64,000 bases of DNA from an uncultured Candidatus Rokubacteria bacterium (GCA_963758635.1 CAVWWD010000003.1:224001-288000); one strand, 5' to 3'; counted from the first letter of the stretch, positions 20,325-31,839 are shown. Notes: a model not told the origin generated them from the letters alone. A program made the numbers and translations.

Positions 20325-21161
20325 ATGCGACGACTGACCGACAACGTGTACGTCGAGACCGGGCAGCGCGGGGCCAACCACGGCATCGTGACCACCTCCG
20401 ACGGCATCGTGCTGATCGACGGGCCGCACAAGCCGAGCGACGCGGTGCGCCTGCGCGCGGAACTCGAGCGGCGCGGGCCGCTCCGCTACATCCTGAACAC
20501 CGAGCCACACGGCGACCACTGGACGTCCAACGCCTACTTCGACGCGCCCGTGGTCGCCCACGAGGGCGTGCGCGCGCGCATCCTCGGCACCGACATCCCG
20601 GAGATGGTCGCGCGCGTCGCCACCTTCGGCCCCGACGAGGGACGGCTGCTCGAGAGCTACCGGCCGAACGCGCCGGTCATCACGTTCTCGAACGAGATGC
20701 GGCTGCACGTCGGCAACCACACGTTTCGCCTGGTGCACATGCCCGGGCACACCGCGTACCAGGCGGCGGTCGTCGTGGAGGAGGAAGGGGTCGTGTTCAC
20801 GAGCGACAACATCTTCTGCCAGGTCCACACCTGGTTGCAGGAGGCGGATCCCGGCCGATGGCTCGACGCCCTCGAATCGCTGGGGGAGCTCGGGCTCGAG
20901 ACCCTCGTGCCCGGCCACGGTCCCGTCTGCGACCGGCGCTACCTCGCCGAGCAGAGCGCGTTCATCCAGGAGTGGGTGGACTACGTCCGCGGTGGCGTGC
21001 GGCAGGGCCTCACGAAGGACCAGGCGGTCGAGAGCCTGACCGCGATGACCGACCGGTACCCGATGGACGTCGAGCAGGACGGCATGGCGCCGCGGGTGAT
21101 GAAGATGAACGTGGCGAACCTCTACGACTACCTGACGGGGGCGGGCATCCACCAGCGTTGA
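20325..21161 (+). CDS. Metallo-beta-lactamase-fold hydrolase (cyclase-like)
   Basis: NTEPHGDH (HxHxDH variant), PGHT, TSD, VPGHG. Confidence 0.88.
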   Translation: MRRLTDNVYVETGQRGANHGIVTTSDGIVLIDGPHKPSDAVRLRAELERRGPLRYILNTEPHGDHWTSNAYFDAPVVAHEGVRARILGTDIPEMVARVATFGPDEGRLLESYRPNAPVITFSNEMRLHVGNHTFRLVHMPGHTAYQAAVVVEEEGVVFTSDNIFCQVHTWLQEADPGRWLDALESLGELGLETLVPGHGPVCDRRYLAEQSAFIQEWVDYVRGGVRQGLTKDQAVESLTAMTDRYPMDVEQDGMAPRVMKMNVANLYDYLTGAGIHQR

Positions 21162-21174
21162 TGGGGCGGCTCTC

Positions 21175-21882
21175 TTGGACCTGATCGGCGTCGACGGGTG
21201 CCGTGGAGGCTGGATCGTGGCCACCTCTGGCCGCGAGTTCTCACGCGTCGCGTTTGAGATCGTCGTGGACCTCGGGCCGGTGCTCGCGAGAGCCGAAGCA
21301 GGCGGGGCGCTGGTCGCCATCGATGTACCGATCGGACTCAGCGAGGATGGGCCTCGCGCGTGCGATGTCTCCGCGCGGCGCCTTCTTGGAGCGCCGCGCG
21401 CCTCGAGCGTGTTCCCGGCCCCGGGCCGGGCCGCCCTCGGCTCCCGAACCTACGAGGAAGCGTGCGAATCGAACCGTCGCCAGCTCGGCGTGGCGATCTC
21501 CCGGCAATGCTTCGGGATCCTCGACAAGATCGACCACGTCGATCACCTGATGACTCCAGCGCGTCAGGCCTTCATAAGGGAAGTGCACCCCGAGGTCGTG
21601 TTTGCGATTCTGAGCGGTTCCGGACGCGGCCTCGGGGAGCCGAAACGGACGGCCGCGGGAGAGCGGGCTCGGCGAGAGCTCCTGCGCGAAGTGGCGCCGG
21701 CCTTCGATCCCGGCCTCGTCCGTGTCGAGCTCGGTCCGTCCCGAGTCGCCCGCGACGACATTGTCGACGCCGTGGCGTGCCTCGTCGTGGCCCGACGGGT
21801 CGTGGAGGGCAGGAGCGTTGTGCTGCCGAGCGGCGACGCCCCGCGCGACGCGCGCGGGCTCCGGATGGAGATCGTCGCCTGA
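21175..21882 (+). CDS. DUF429-family predicted nuclease (RNase H-like fold)
   Basis: GVDGCRGGW, AIDVPIGL, REVHPE, DDIVDA, D..GLRMEI. Confidence 0.82.
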   Translation: MDLIGVDGCRGGWIVATSGREFSRVAFEIVVDLGPVLARAEAGGALVAIDVPIGLSEDGPRACDVSARRLLGAPRASSVFPAPGRAALGSRTYEEACESNRRQLGVAISRQCFGILDKIDHVDHLMTPARQAFIREVHPEVVFAILSGSGRGLGEPKRTAAGERARRELLREVAPAFDPGLVRVELGPSRVARDDIVDAVACLVVARRVVEGRSVVLPSGDAPRDARGLRMEIVA

Positions 21883-21911
21883 CGGGACGGCGGGCGGAGG
21901 GACGAGGCGAG

Positions 21912-22817
21912 TCAGATCACCCGCGGGTCGAGCGCGTCGCGCAGCCGGTCGCCGACGATGTTGATCGACAGCACGGTCAGCAGGATGGCCAGACCCGGGA
22001 ACGTCGGCATCCACCACGCCACCGTCACGAAGTCGCGGCCGAGCGAGATCATCTGGCCCCACGTCGGGTAGACGGAGCCGGTGCCCATGCCGAGGAACGA
22101 CAGCGCCGCCTCGGCGAGGATGGCCTGGGCGACCTGGAGCGTGGACATCACGATGATCGACGAGAACGTGTTGGGCAGGAGGTGCCGCCACAGGATGCGG
22201 GACGACTGCGCGCCCATCGCGCGGGCCGCCTCGATGAAGTCCTTCTCCCGGAGCGCCAGCACCTCGGCCCGCACCACGCGCGCGTAGCGCTCCCACCCGG
22301 TGAGGCCGATGACCAGGATGATGTTGCCGAGGCTCGGCCCGAGCACGGCCACGAAGCCGAGCGCGAGGAGGAGCGGCGGGAACGACAGCGTGGTGTCGAC
22401 CACCGTCATGATCACGGCGTCGATCCGGCCGCCGAAGAAGCCGCTGGCCAGGCCCAGGCTGACCCCGACGACCAGGCTGATCGCGACGGCGGCCACGCCC
22501 ACCAGCAGCGACGTGCGCGCGCCGTGGATGATGCGGCTCAGGATGTCGCGCCCGATCTGATCGGTGCCGAGCGGGAATCGCGAGTCGCCGGCGGGCGCCC
22601 ACAGCGGCGGCGTGAAGCGCCGGATCAGGCTCTGGCGGGCGGGGTCGTGCGGCGCGACCTGGGGCGCGAACACCGCGGCGGCGATCACCGTGAGCAGGAT
22701 CAGCCCGCCGATCGCGGTGAGCGGGTGGCGGACGAGCTTGCGATACGTGCGCGAGCGCGAGCGGCTGGGCGCTACGTCCGTGGATGTCGGGGCGGGAACG
22801 GGGTACGCGACGGCCAT
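21912..22817 (-). CDS. Peptide/nickel ABC permease (DppC/OppC-like)
   Basis: LGTDQIGRD, EAARAMGA, GDRLRDALDP. Confidence 0.95.
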   Translation of the reverse strand: MAVAYPVPAPTSTDVAPSRSRSRTYRKLVRHPLTAIGGLILLTVIAAAVFAPQVAPHDPARQSLIRRFTPPLWAPAGDSRFPLGTDQIGRDILSRIIHGARTSLLVGVAAVAISLVVGVSLGLASGFFGGRIDAVIMTVVDTTLSFPPLLLALGFVAVLGPSLGNIILVIGLTGWERYARVVRAEVLALREKDFIEAARAMGAQSSRILWRHLLPNTFSSIIVMSTLQVAQAILAEAALSFLGMGTGSVYPTWGQMISLGRDFVTVAWWMPTFPGLAILLTVLSINIVGDRLRDALDPRVI

Positions 22818-22836
22818 GCGCGGGGACCGGGGCGCC

Positions 22837-23751
22837 TCAGCGATACCGGATCTGGGGGTTCAGGTAGAGGTACAGCAGGTCCACCGCGAAGTTGAGCACG
22901 ACCACGATCATCGCGAGCAGGAACACCCCGGCCTGGACGACGGGGAAGTCGAGCTGGAGGATGGCGCGCAGGATGAGGCGGCCCACGCCGGGAATGGCGA
23001 ACACGCTCTCGGTGACCACGGCGCCGCCGAGCAGGATGCCGAACTGGATGCCCATCACGGTGACCAGCGGGAGCGCGGCGTTGGTCAGCGCGTGCCGCCA
23101 GATCACCAGCCACTCCGAGAGGCCCTTGGATCGCGCGGTGCGCACGTAGTCGAGGCTCAGCACCTCGAGCATGCTCGAGCGCACGATGCGCAGGAGCAGG
23201 GGGGCCTGGAAGATCCCGAGCGTCACCGCGGGCAGGATCATGGCGCGCCAGTTCTCCCAGCCGGACACGGGCAGCACGCGCCAGTGCACGGCGAAGAGCA
23301 GCATCAGCATGATCCCGGTCCAGAACACCGGCATCGACTGCCCGAGGAAGACCACCACGGTGACCACGTGGTCCACCATGGAGTCGCGGCGAATCGCGCT
23401 GTAGATGCCGGCGGGCACCGACACCGCCACCGCCACGGCGAGGGCGAGCAGCGTGAGGGTCATCGTGGTCGGCATGCGCTCGAGGACCAGGTCCAGCGCG
23501 GGAGCGCGGTGGTAGAAGGACCGCCCGAAGTCGCCGCGGACGATGTTGAAGACGAAGCGGCCGAACTGGATGGGCAGCGGGTCGTTGAAGCCCATCTCGG
23601 CGCGGAGCCTGACGCGGTCGGCCTCCGGCGCCTCCGGCATCATCAGGGAGATGGGGTCGCCGCTCGCGTGCAGGATGCCGAACGTGATGAGGGAGACGCC
23701 GGTGGCGACGACGAGCACCCGCACGAGGCGGCGGAGGAGCAGGGTCCTCAC
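22837..23751 (-). CDS. Peptide/nickel ABC permease (DppB/OppB-like)
   Basis: GDFGRS, DYVRTARSKGL, ESVFAIPGVG, LNPQIR. Confidence 0.95.
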   Translation of the reverse strand: MRTLLLRRLVRVLVVATGVSLITFGILHASGDPISLMMPEAPEADRVRLRAEMGFNDPLPIQFGRFVFNIVRGDFGRSFYHRAPALDLVLERMPTTMTLTLLALAVAVAVSVPAGIYSAIRRDSMVDHVVTVVVFLGQSMPVFWTGIMLMLLFAVHWRVLPVSGWENWRAMILPAVTLGIFQAPLLLRIVRSSMLEVLSLDYVRTARSKGLSEWLVIWRHALTNAALPLVTVMGIQFGILLGGAVVTESVFAIPGVGRLILRAILQLDFPVVQAGVFLLAMIVVVLNFAVDLLYLYLNPQIRYR

Positions 23752-23793
23752 GGCCGTGTGCGCCTCGCGCGGGCGCCCCCGCTCACCCCCGGT

Positions 23794-25306
23794 CTACCGC
23801 TTGGCCCGCGCGTCGAAGAGCCAGAGCCATTCGTCGCCGCGGGCCTCGTACTCCACCTTCTTCGAGATGCCCGAGCGTGTCGTACTGGTGGAAGAGGAAG
23901 ATGCTGGGCGCCTCTTCCTTGATGATCCGTTGGATCTGGGTGTACGTCTGCTTGCGCCGCGCCTGGTCCACGCTCGATCGGGCCTGGTCGATGAGGCCGT
24001 CGAGCCCCTCCACGCGCGCGTACCACTTGCCGATCCAACCGCCGGGCTCGGTGTGGTAGAGCGGGTGCAGGATGGCGTCGGCGTCGAACACGGAGTAGTA
24101 GCCCCAGCTCCCGTAGGACCCGTGGGTCGCCTTGCCCTCGCCCTGGAAGAACTTGTTCCAGGCCGGACCCGGGTCCCACGTCTTCGGCGTGGTGCGGATC
24201 CCCGCCTCGGTCAGCATCTGGCAGAGCGCCTCGAAGACCGGCCGGAACTCCACGAACCCGCTGTGCAGCGTGATGTCCACGCCGTTCGGGTAGCCCGCCT
24301 GCGCGAGCAGCTCCTTGGCCTTCTTGGGGTCGAACGTGTACGGGGCCACCGCGGCGTCGTAGCCGAAGGCGAGAGGATGCACGGTGGTGGCCAGCGGCTT
24401 GCCCAGCCCGGCCATGAGCTTCTGCACGATGGCCGCGCGGTCGATGGCGTAGTTCGCGGCCTGGCGCGCCGCCTTCTTGTCGAAGGGCGCGGTCCGCATG
24501 TCGAGCGAGATGTAGTGGGTGCGCAGGATGGGGGCCGAGCTCACGTAGGTCTGCGCGTTGGCCTTCAGCTCGGGGACGATGTCGGCGGAGACGTTTCGGA
24601 TCAGGTCGACGCCGCCCGTCTTGAGCTCGGCGACCTGGGTGGACACCTCGGGAATGGAGCGGACGAGGAGCGTCTTGAACGGGGGCTTGCCCCGCCAGTG
24701 CTGGTCGAACGCCTCGAGCTTGATGTGCTGGTCGCGCTTCCACTCCACGAACTTCCACGGCCCCGTGCCGATGGGGCTGGTGGTGCCGAACGCCTCATCG
24801 CCCACCTTCTCCAGGTGCTTCTTCGGCACGATGGGGAAGAAGACCATGCGCTCGAGGAGGAGCGGGAACGGCGTGTCGGTGACGAGCCGGACGGTCTCCG
24901 CGTCGACGACCTTCACTTCCTTGATGGCGCGGATGTTGCCGTACTGGGGCGACTTCTTCTTGGGGTCGAGGACCCGCTCGAACGAGTACTTCACGTCCTC
25001 CGCGGTCATGGTCTCGCCGTTGTGGAACTTCACGTTCTTGCGGAGCTTGAAGTCCCACGTGACGTCGTTGACCGCCTTCCAGGAGGTGGCGAGCGACGGC
25101 TCGTACTCGAGCTTCTTGTTCTTGTGCAGGAGCGAGTCGAACATGTTGATGTTCACGAGGATCCCCGTCCGCTGGAAGTGCATGTGCGGGTCGAGGGTCT
25201 CCGCGTGCGACACCAGCGCCACGACGAGCGTGTCCTTCTGGGCGTGGGCCGGCCACGGCACGGTGAGCAGGGCGAGCAGTACGGGCACGAGCAGGGCGCG
25301 CTTCAT
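23794..25306 (-). CDS. Family 5 ABC substrate-binding protein (DppA-like); +1 frameshift at ~23871
   Basis: Signal peptide, VKFHNG..TAEDV.YS, PIGTGPW. The corrected C-terminus reads ISKKVEYEARGDEWLWLFDARAKR*. Confidence 0.92.
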
Positions 25307-25379
25307 TCGGTTCCCCTCCTATGTCGGTTCAGTCGGGCGCGGCTCGGACGACCACGGCGGTGTGGGGACGAACGCGCCG

Positions 25380-25408
25380 ATCATCGGCAAACCCGTCGCC
25401 CTTGTCAA
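25380..25408 (-). promoter_or_regulatory. sigma70-type promoter for the dpp-like operon
   Basis: TTGACA-N17-GATGAT on the minus strand. Confidence 0.5.
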
Positions 25409-25429
25409 TGGGCGCCCCTCCCCGGGACG

Positions 25430-26466
25430 CTACGCGGCGAGCACGTCGCGCGCGACGGCGAGGGCCCGTTCGACCTGCTCGGCGCTCACGTCGAGATGCG
25501 TGACGGCGCGGATGGTCCGGGGGCCGAGGGCGCCCATGCGCACGCCCCGGGCCAGCATCCGCTCGACGGCGGTGCTCGCGTCCAGGCGGCCGGTGAGATC
25601 GAAGAACACCAGGTTCGTCTCGACCGTCGCCGGATCGATCGACACGCCAGGGAGCGCGGCGAGGCCCTCGGCGAGGCGCCGGGCGTTGGCGTGGTCCTCG
25701 GCGAGGCGCTTCACGTGGTGGCGCAGGGCGTACACGCCGCCCGCCGCGATGATGCCGGCCTGGCGCATGGCCCCGCCCATCTGCTGCTTGAGGCGCCAGG
25801 CCTCGGCGATGAACTCGCGCGAGCCGGCGATGGCCGCGCCCACCGGCGCGCCGAGGCCCTTGGTGAAGTCGACCCACGCGGAGTCGAAGGGCGCCGCGTA
25901 GTCGCGCGCGGAAACCCCCGACGCCACCACCGCGTTCATGAGCCGCGCGCCGTCCATGTGGCTGGCGAGGCCGCGCGCGCGGGCGAGGTCGCCGACGCCG
26001 CGCAGGGTCGTCGAGCGGCCAGACCGAGCCGCCGCCCAGGTTCGAACGTCTGCTCCACCCACAGGAGCCGCGAGCGCGGGGAGTAGCGGCCGGGCGATCG
26101 GATCGCCGCGGCGGCGGTGGCGACGTCGAACTGCCCGCGCGGCCCGTCGAGCGCGGACACGTTGACGCCGGCGAGGGCGGCCGGCCCGCCCGTCTCGAAG
26201 TGGATCGGGTGCGCGGTGCGATGCGCGAGCATCTCGTCGCCGGGGCGGCAGTGCACGCGGATCGCGATCTCGTTGCACATCGTGCCCGAGGGCAGGAAGA
26301 GCGCCGCCTCCTTGCCGAGGAGCTCGGCCACCGTCTCCTGCAGGAGGTTCACGGTGGGGTCCTCGCCCTTCTGCTCGTCGCCCACCTCGGCGTCGCACAT
26401 GAAGCGCCGCATCTCCGGCGTGGGCCTGGTGACGGTGTCGCTGAAGAGATCGACCTCGATGGGCAT
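25430..26466 (-). CDS. ltaE: Low-specificity L-threonine aldolase; two +1 frameshifts (~26041, ~26005)
   Basis: [21 protein letters not shown](S)[30 protein letters not shown]. Confidence 0.9.
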
Positions 26467-26484
26467 GACGGTTCGCTCCTTTGG

Positions 26485-26516
26485 GTGCGCTCCGCTCGCC
26501 TCAGGCTCGCTGCGCA
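26485..26516 (-). repeat. Partial copy of the 55-bp dispersed repeat family
   Basis: Reverse complement TGCGCAGCGAGCCTGAGGCGAGCGGAGCGCA matches the 5' half of the family. Confidence 0.6.
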
Positions 26517-26551
26517 ATGCCTGGCGTCGCAGCGGCGCGCGGCGCGGCCCG

Positions 26552-27706
26552 CTATCGGAGATCTCGGAAGAACGCCCGGATGTCGGCGGCGAGGGCCTCG
26601 GGCTCCTCCATGGCGGCGAAGTGGCCGCCCGCGGGCATCGTCGTCCACCGCCGGATGTTGTAGGCGCGCTCCGCCCATGCTCGCGGCGGGTGCAGGATCT
26701 CGCCGGGGAAGCGCGCGTACGCCGTCGGCACCTCGATGCGCGCGTCGCTCGGGATCGGCGAGCCGGCGTGCCGGCGCGCGTAGTACGGCCAGAACGACGA
26801 GCCGATGGCGCCGGTCACCCAGTAGATCGTGATGTTGGTGAGGAGCTCGTCCTTCGTGAACCGGCGCTCCACGTCGCCGCCGCAGTCGCTCCACGTCCGG
26901 AACTTCTCGGTGATCCACGCGGCCAGTCCCGCCGGCGAGTCGGAGAGGCCGAAGGCGAGGGTCTGGGGCTTGGTGCCCTGGATCCACTGGTACCCCGCCT
27001 CCTCCGCCTGCCACTGCTTGGCCTGCTCGCGGTAGGCCTTCTCCTCCGCCGTCGGCGCCTCGCCGGCGGCGCCCTCGCGGCCGGCGGTGAGGAGGTTCAG
27101 GTGGATGCCCACCACGTGCTCCGCGTGACGGAGGCCCAGCACCGACGTGATGAACGCGCCCCAGTCGCCGCCCTGGGCGGCGAAGCGCCGGTACCCGAGC
27201 ACGTCGGTCATGAGCGACGCGAACAGCGGCGCGATGTCGGCGATGCCGAAGCGCGGCTGGCCGGGACGGAACGAGAACCCGTAGCCGGGAAGCGACGGCG
27301 CCACCACGGTGAAGGCGTCGGCGGGATCGCCGCCGAACCGCGCCGGGTCGGTGAGCATCGGGAGGATCGTGTGGAACTCCCACACCGATCCGGGCCAGCC
27401 GTGCGAGAGCAGCAGCGGGAAGGGCCGCGGGCCGCGCCCCTCCTCGTGGATGAAGTGCAGGTCGATGCCGCCCAGCGGGACCGTGAACTGGCGGAAGCCG
27501 TTCAGGATCGCCTCGTGCTTGCGCCAGTCGTACGTGTCGCGCCAGTAGCCGCACAGCTCCTGGACGTACGCGACGTCGCTGCCGAAGCGCCAGCCCGCGT
27601 CGGGTGGCGCATCGGGCCAGCGGGTGCGGCCGAGGCGGTCGCGCAGGTCGGCGAGCACGGCGTCGGGAACGTGGATCGAGAACGGGGCGGGCGAGGGGGT
27701 CGGCAT
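26552..27706 (-). CDS. Epoxide hydrolase (EHN + alpha/beta hydrolase)
   Basis: [37 protein letters not shown]. Confidence 0.93.
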   Translation of the reverse strand: MPTPSPAPFSIHVPDAVLADLRDRLGRTRWPDAPPDAGWRFGSDVAYVQELCGYWRDTYDWRKHEAILNGFRQFTVPLGGIDLHFIHEEGRGPRPFPLLLSHGWPGSVWEFHTILPMLTDPARFGGDPADAFTVVAPSLPGYGFSFRPGQPRFGIADIAPLFASLMTDVLGYRRFAAQGGDWGAFITSVLGLRHAEHVVGIHLNLLTAGREGAAGEAPTAEEKAYREQAKQWQAEEAGYQWIQGTKPQTLAFGLSDSPAGLAAWITEKFRTWSDCGGDVERRFTKDELLTNITIYWVTGAIGSSFWPYYARRHAGSPIPSDARIEVPTAYARFPGEILHPPRAWAERAYNIRRWTTMPAGGHFAAMEEPEALAADIRAFFRDLR

Positions 27707-27780
27707 GGCAGGGGCCACTCTGCCATGACCTCGCCACGCACGCAATCACGACCCCAGTCCTGGTGTGGTATATCGCTGGC

Positions 27781-29040
27781 ATGAGCTCGCCCCGGTCCTT
27801 CCTGAACGTGCCCCACGGCGCCTATCTCGCGCGCGACGTGCCCGCGCCGGACGCCGAGCTCACGCGCGTGGGCCCGGGCACGCCGTGTGGGGAATACCTG
27901 CGCCGCTTCTGGCAGCCTGTCGCCTTCACTCGGGAGCTCCACGACGTGCCGCTCAGGCTGCGCATCATGGGCGAGGACCTCGTGCTCTTCCGCGACGGGC
28001 TCGGCCGGATCGGTCTGCTCCAGCTCCACTGCACGCACCGCGGGACGTCGCTCGAGTACGGCCTCGTCGCCGAGCGCGGCATCCGGTGCTGCTACCACGG
28101 CTGGCGCTTCGACGTGGACGGCCGCATCCTCGAGACGCCGGGAGAGCCGGCGTCGAGCACGCTCAAGGAGCGGCTCTGCCAGGGCGCGTATCCCGTGCGC
28201 GAGTTCGGCGGCCTCGTCTTCGCCTACATGGGACCGCCGGGGGGCGCGCCCGAGTTCCCGATGTACGACACGTTCGATCTGCCGGGCTACCGGCTCATGC
28301 CCGCGGCCAAGTTCCGGCTCCCGTGCAACTGGCTCCAGATCAAGGACAACAGCATGGACCCGGTGCACACGTCGTTCCTCCACGCCATCTCGAGCGGCTA
28401 CCAGTTCACGGAGGCGTTCGGCGCGCTCGCCGCGCTCGACTGGGAGGAGACGCCGTACGGCATGTGCTACATCGCGACGCGGCGGATCGGCGATCTCGTG
28501 TGGGTGCGCGTCGCGGACTTCATGGCCCCCAACGTGCACCAGTTCACGCGGGAGATCGAGGAGGCCAAGGAGGAGCGCGCGGCGAGCCGGCCGGTGGTGA
28601 TCCGCTGGGCCGTGCCCATCGACGACACCGAGACGTGGAACATGGAGCTGGCCCAGGTGGACCCGGTGTGGGGCCTCACCGACGCGGACGTTGCGCGGCC
28701 CGGCTTCGGCCAGTCCGACGACCGGCCGTACGCGGAGCGCCAGCGGCATCCCGCCGACTACGATGCGCAGTCGAGCCAGCGCCCCATTGCCGTTCACGCG
28801 CTGGAGCACCTGGCCTCGACGGACCGCGGCGTCATCATGCTCCGGAAGATCGTGCGCGACGGCATCCGCGCGGTGCAGGCCGGCCGCGATCCGCGCGAGC
28901 TCTCGCGGCGGCCCGGGGCCGCGATCGCCACGGTGTGCCAGGACACCGTGCTGCGCATCCCGCCCGCGCCCGATCCCGAGGCGGACCGCCACCTGCTGCT
29001 GGAGACGGGGCGCCGGGTCGTCGACGGCCGTCCCGCCTGA
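27781..29040 (+). CDS. Rieske non-heme iron oxygenase alpha subunit (phthalate/vanillate dioxygenase-like)
   Basis: GPGTPCGEYLRRFW, CTH...CCYHGW Rieske motif, NSMDPVHTSFLH, EHLASTDRG. Confidence 0.93.
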   Translation: MSSPRSFLNVPHGAYLARDVPAPDAELTRVGPGTPCGEYLRRFWQPVAFTRELHDVPLRLRIMGEDLVLFRDGLGRIGLLQLHCTHRGTSLEYGLVAERGIRCCYHGWRFDVDGRILETPGEPASSTLKERLCQGAYPVREFGGLVFAYMGPPGGAPEFPMYDTFDLPGYRLMPAAKFRLPCNWLQIKDNSMDPVHTSFLHAISSGYQFTEAFGALAALDWEETPYGMCYIATRRIGDLVWVRVADFMAPNVHQFTREIEEAKEERAASRPVVIRWAVPIDDTETWNMELAQVDPVWGLTDADVARPGFGQSDDRPYAERQRHPADYDAQSSQRPIAVHALEHLASTDRGVIMLRKIVRDGIRAVQAGRDPRELSRRPGAAIATVCQDTVLRIPPAPDPEADRHLLLETGRRVVDGRPA

Positions 29041-29060
29041 CCGGCCCATCACGCACGGCG

Positions 29061-29963
29061 ATGCCCGAGCTGCCCGACGTCACGGTCTACATCGAGGCGC
29101 TCGACGCCCGCATCATGGGAGCGCGGCACGCCGGGGTCCGCCTCGCCAGCCCCTTCGTCGTGCGCTCGTTCGATCCGCCGATCGCCGCCGCCGCGGGCCG
29201 CGAGGTGGTGGGGCTACGGCGGGTCGGCAAGCGCATCGTGATGGCGCTCGACGGCGATCTCTTCCTGGCCATCCACCTGATGATCGCGGGCCGGCTCCAC
29301 TGGAAGCCCGCCGGGACCAAGGTGCCGGGGAAGATCGGCCTCGCCGCCTTCGACTTCTCGACGGGCACGCTCACGCTCACCGAGGCCGGCACCAAGAGGC
29401 GCGCGGCGATCCACCTCGTGCGCGGCGAGGAGGCGCTCCACGACCTCGACGCGGGCGGCCTCGAGGTGATGGACACCGACGCGGACACGTTCCGCCGCGC
29501 CCTGATGGGGGAGAGCCACACCCTCAAGCGCGCCCTCACCGATCCGCACATCCTGGCCGGGATCGGCAACGCGTACTCGGACGAGATCCTCCACCGCGCG
29601 CGGCTGTCGCCAGTGAAGCAGACGCGGAGCCTCACCGACGAGGAGCACACCCGGCTCTTTGCAGCCACGCGGAACACGCTCGCCGACTGGATCGAGCGCC
29701 TCCGCCGGGACGCCGCCGGCGAGTTCCCCGAGGGCGTCACCGCCTTCCGCCCGGACATGGCCGTGCACGGCCGCTTCGGCAAGCCGTGCCCGGACTGCGG
29801 CGCCCCCGTGCAGCGGATCCGCCACGCCGACAACGAGACCAACTACTGCGCGCGCTGCCAGACCGGCGGCCGCCTCCTCGCCGACCGCGCGCTGTCGCGC
29901 CTCCTCCGCGCGGACTGGCCCCGCACCCTCGAGGAGCTCGAAGAGCGCCGCCGGTCCCGATGA
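29061..29963 (+). CDS. Fpg/Nei family DNA glycosylase
   Basis: MPELPD N-terminus, HLMIAG, GIGNAYSDEIL, C-terminal CPDC...CARCQ zinc finger. Confidence 0.93.
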   Translation: MPELPDVTVYIEALDARIMGARHAGVRLASPFVVRSFDPPIAAAAGREVVGLRRVGKRIVMALDGDLFLAIHLMIAGRLHWKPAGTKVPGKIGLAAFDFSTGTLTLTEAGTKRRAAIHLVRGEEALHDLDAGGLEVMDTDADTFRRALMGESHTLKRALTDPHILAGIGNAYSDEILHRARLSPVKQTRSLTDEEHTRLFAATRNTLADWIERLRRDAAGEFPEGVTAFRPDMAVHGRFGKPCPDCGAPVQRIRHADNETNYCARCQTGGRLLADRALSRLLRADWPRTLEELEERRRSR

Positions 29964-30114
29964 CGCGAGCCGTCCGGGGACGCGCGCGCGAGGGAACCCG
30001 GCCTTCCTGCCTCGGCGTCTCGGCAAGCGCGGTGGGAGAGGCCACTTGTCGATGGCCGTGTAGCGGGGTGATCATGCCCGGGCGCGGGGCACGAGTCCCC
30101 GGAGAGGAGATCCG

Positions 30115-31357
30115 ATGAAGATCACGCGTGTGGAGGCGCTGCACGCCGATGGCGGGTGGCGGCCGTGGACCTTCGTGAAGGTGGAGACGGACGCTGGCAT
30201 CACCGGGCTGGGGTGAGTGCAGCGACAACCGGAGCCCGTTCGGCATCGCAGGGTGCGTGCGCGACATGGCCGACCTGCTCGTCGGGCAGGACCCGCGGCC
30301 GGTCGAGCGCCTGTACTGGGACATGCTCCGGCGCACGCGCCAGAACCTGGGCGGCGTCACCCACAAGGCCATCGCCGGCGTGGAGCTGGCGCTCTGGGAC
30401 ATCAAGGCGAAGGCGCTCGGCGTGCCGGTCTACGAGCTGTTCGGCGGGCCGATGCGGGACCGCATGCGGCTCTACTGGTCGCACTGCGGGACCACGCGCG
30501 CGCGGCTCGGCCACGTACTCGGGACGCCGCCGCTCCGGACCTACGACGACATCGCCGCGCTCGGGCGCGAGGTGGTGGCGCGCGGCTTCACCGCGCTCAA
30601 GACCAACATGGTCATCCCCGGCGAGCCCGCCACCGTGTACTTCCCGGGCTTCGCCAGCGGCATCAACACCACCGATGGCGCGCCCACCGTGGAGATCCTG
30701 GGCGCCATCGAGCGGCTGATCGGCACGTTCCGCGATGCCGTCGGACCGAAGGTGGGCCTCTGCCTGGACCTGAACTACAACTTCCGCACGGAGGGCGCGC
30801 TCCGCGTGGCGAAGCTCCTCGAGCCGTTCGACATGCAGTGGATGGAGTACGACAACTGGGACCCGCAGGCGCTGCTCCAGATCAAGCAGTCCACGTCCAC
30901 GCGCCTGGCCTCGCTGGAGAGCCTGGTGACCACGCGGCAGTACCGCCCGTTCCTGGAGCTCCACGCGGTGGACGTGGCGATCATCGACGTGCCGTGGAAC
31001 GGCTTCTCGCAGTCGGTGCAGATCGGGCGCATGGCCGAGTGCTACGAGACCAACATCGCCCCGCACAACTACTACAGCCACCTCGCCGACTTCCACGCGC
31101 TGCACCTCTGCGCGGTGCTCCCGAACGTCCGCATCATGGAGATCGACATCGACGACGTGCCGTGGAAGGGCACGCTCGTCACGCGTCCGCCGGACATCCG
31201 CGACGGCCACATCTGGCTGACCGACGCCCCGGGCTGGGGCGCCGACATCGACGAGGAGGTCTTGAAGGCGCACCCCTGGCCGGCGGGAGGCGCGGCGGCC
31301 CCGCAGCAGTTCTACGGGATGGGCGCGGAGCAGATGGCTTCGCGAGGCAAGCCGTAG
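30115..31357 (+). CDS. Mandelate racemase/galactonate-dehydratase-like enolase superfamily enzyme; +1 frameshift at ~30206
   Basis: MKITR..VKVETDAGITG/WGE, ALWDIKAKALGVPVYELFGG, APHN, PGWG. Confidence 0.9.
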
Positions 31358-31431
31358 TGGACGCTCACGTCTTCTGCTCCGCTTCCTCCTGCTCCAGCCA
31401 GTCGGGCCGTGCCGTCGACGCTCCATTCCAG

Positions 31432-31473
31432 CCATACGAACGTATGGTCACGACGGCCGACTCGTGCTAGGTT
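31432..31473 (+). promoter_or_regulatory. Palindromic operator plus extended -10 of the BrnT/BrnA operon
   Basis: Perfect inverted repeat CCATACG-AA-CGTATGG (31432-31447); TG-C-TAGGTT (31465-31473) 6 nt before GTG 31480. Confidence 0.6.
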
Positions 31474-31479
31474 TCTTCA

Positions 31480-31839
31480 GTGGCAAGGGCCCGCTTCGAA
31501 TGGGACCCGAACAGGGATCACGCCAACCAGCAGAAGCATGGCGTCTCTTTCGCGAAGGCGCAATTCGCCTTCGCTGATCCGAAGCGCGTGATCGCGGAAG
31601 ATCTGTCCCATCGCTCGAGCGAAGAGCGGTACTACTGCTTCGGCTGGGTCGAAGGCGGCGTCTTGACGGTCCGATTCACATACCGCGGTGAGGTCATCCG
31701 AATCTTCGGGGCCGGTTACTGGCGGAAGGGAAAGCGCATCTATGAGCAGGAACATTACGTATACGAACGAACCACTGGGAAAGCTGCAGGTGGTGTCCGA
31801 CTTCCTTCCGCGACCCGAAGACCTGGTCTTTCGGGATGA
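31480..31839 (+). CDS. brnT: BrnT-family toxin
   Basis: FEWD..R...N..KHGVSF, EER, LTVRFTYR..VIRI. C-terminal tail overlaps the antitoxin. Confidence 0.88.
   Translation: MARARFEWDPNRDHANQQKHGVSFAKAQFAFADPKRVIAEDLSHRSSEERYYCFGWVEGGVLTVRFTYRGEVIRIFGAGYWRKGKRIYEQEHYVYERTTGKAAGGVRLPSATRRPGLSG

Noticed and set aside
31331..31360. Another copy of the 55-bp repeat at the end of the enolase-family gene (CGCGAGGCAAGCCGTAG)
   Set aside because: The match is too short and degenerate to support.
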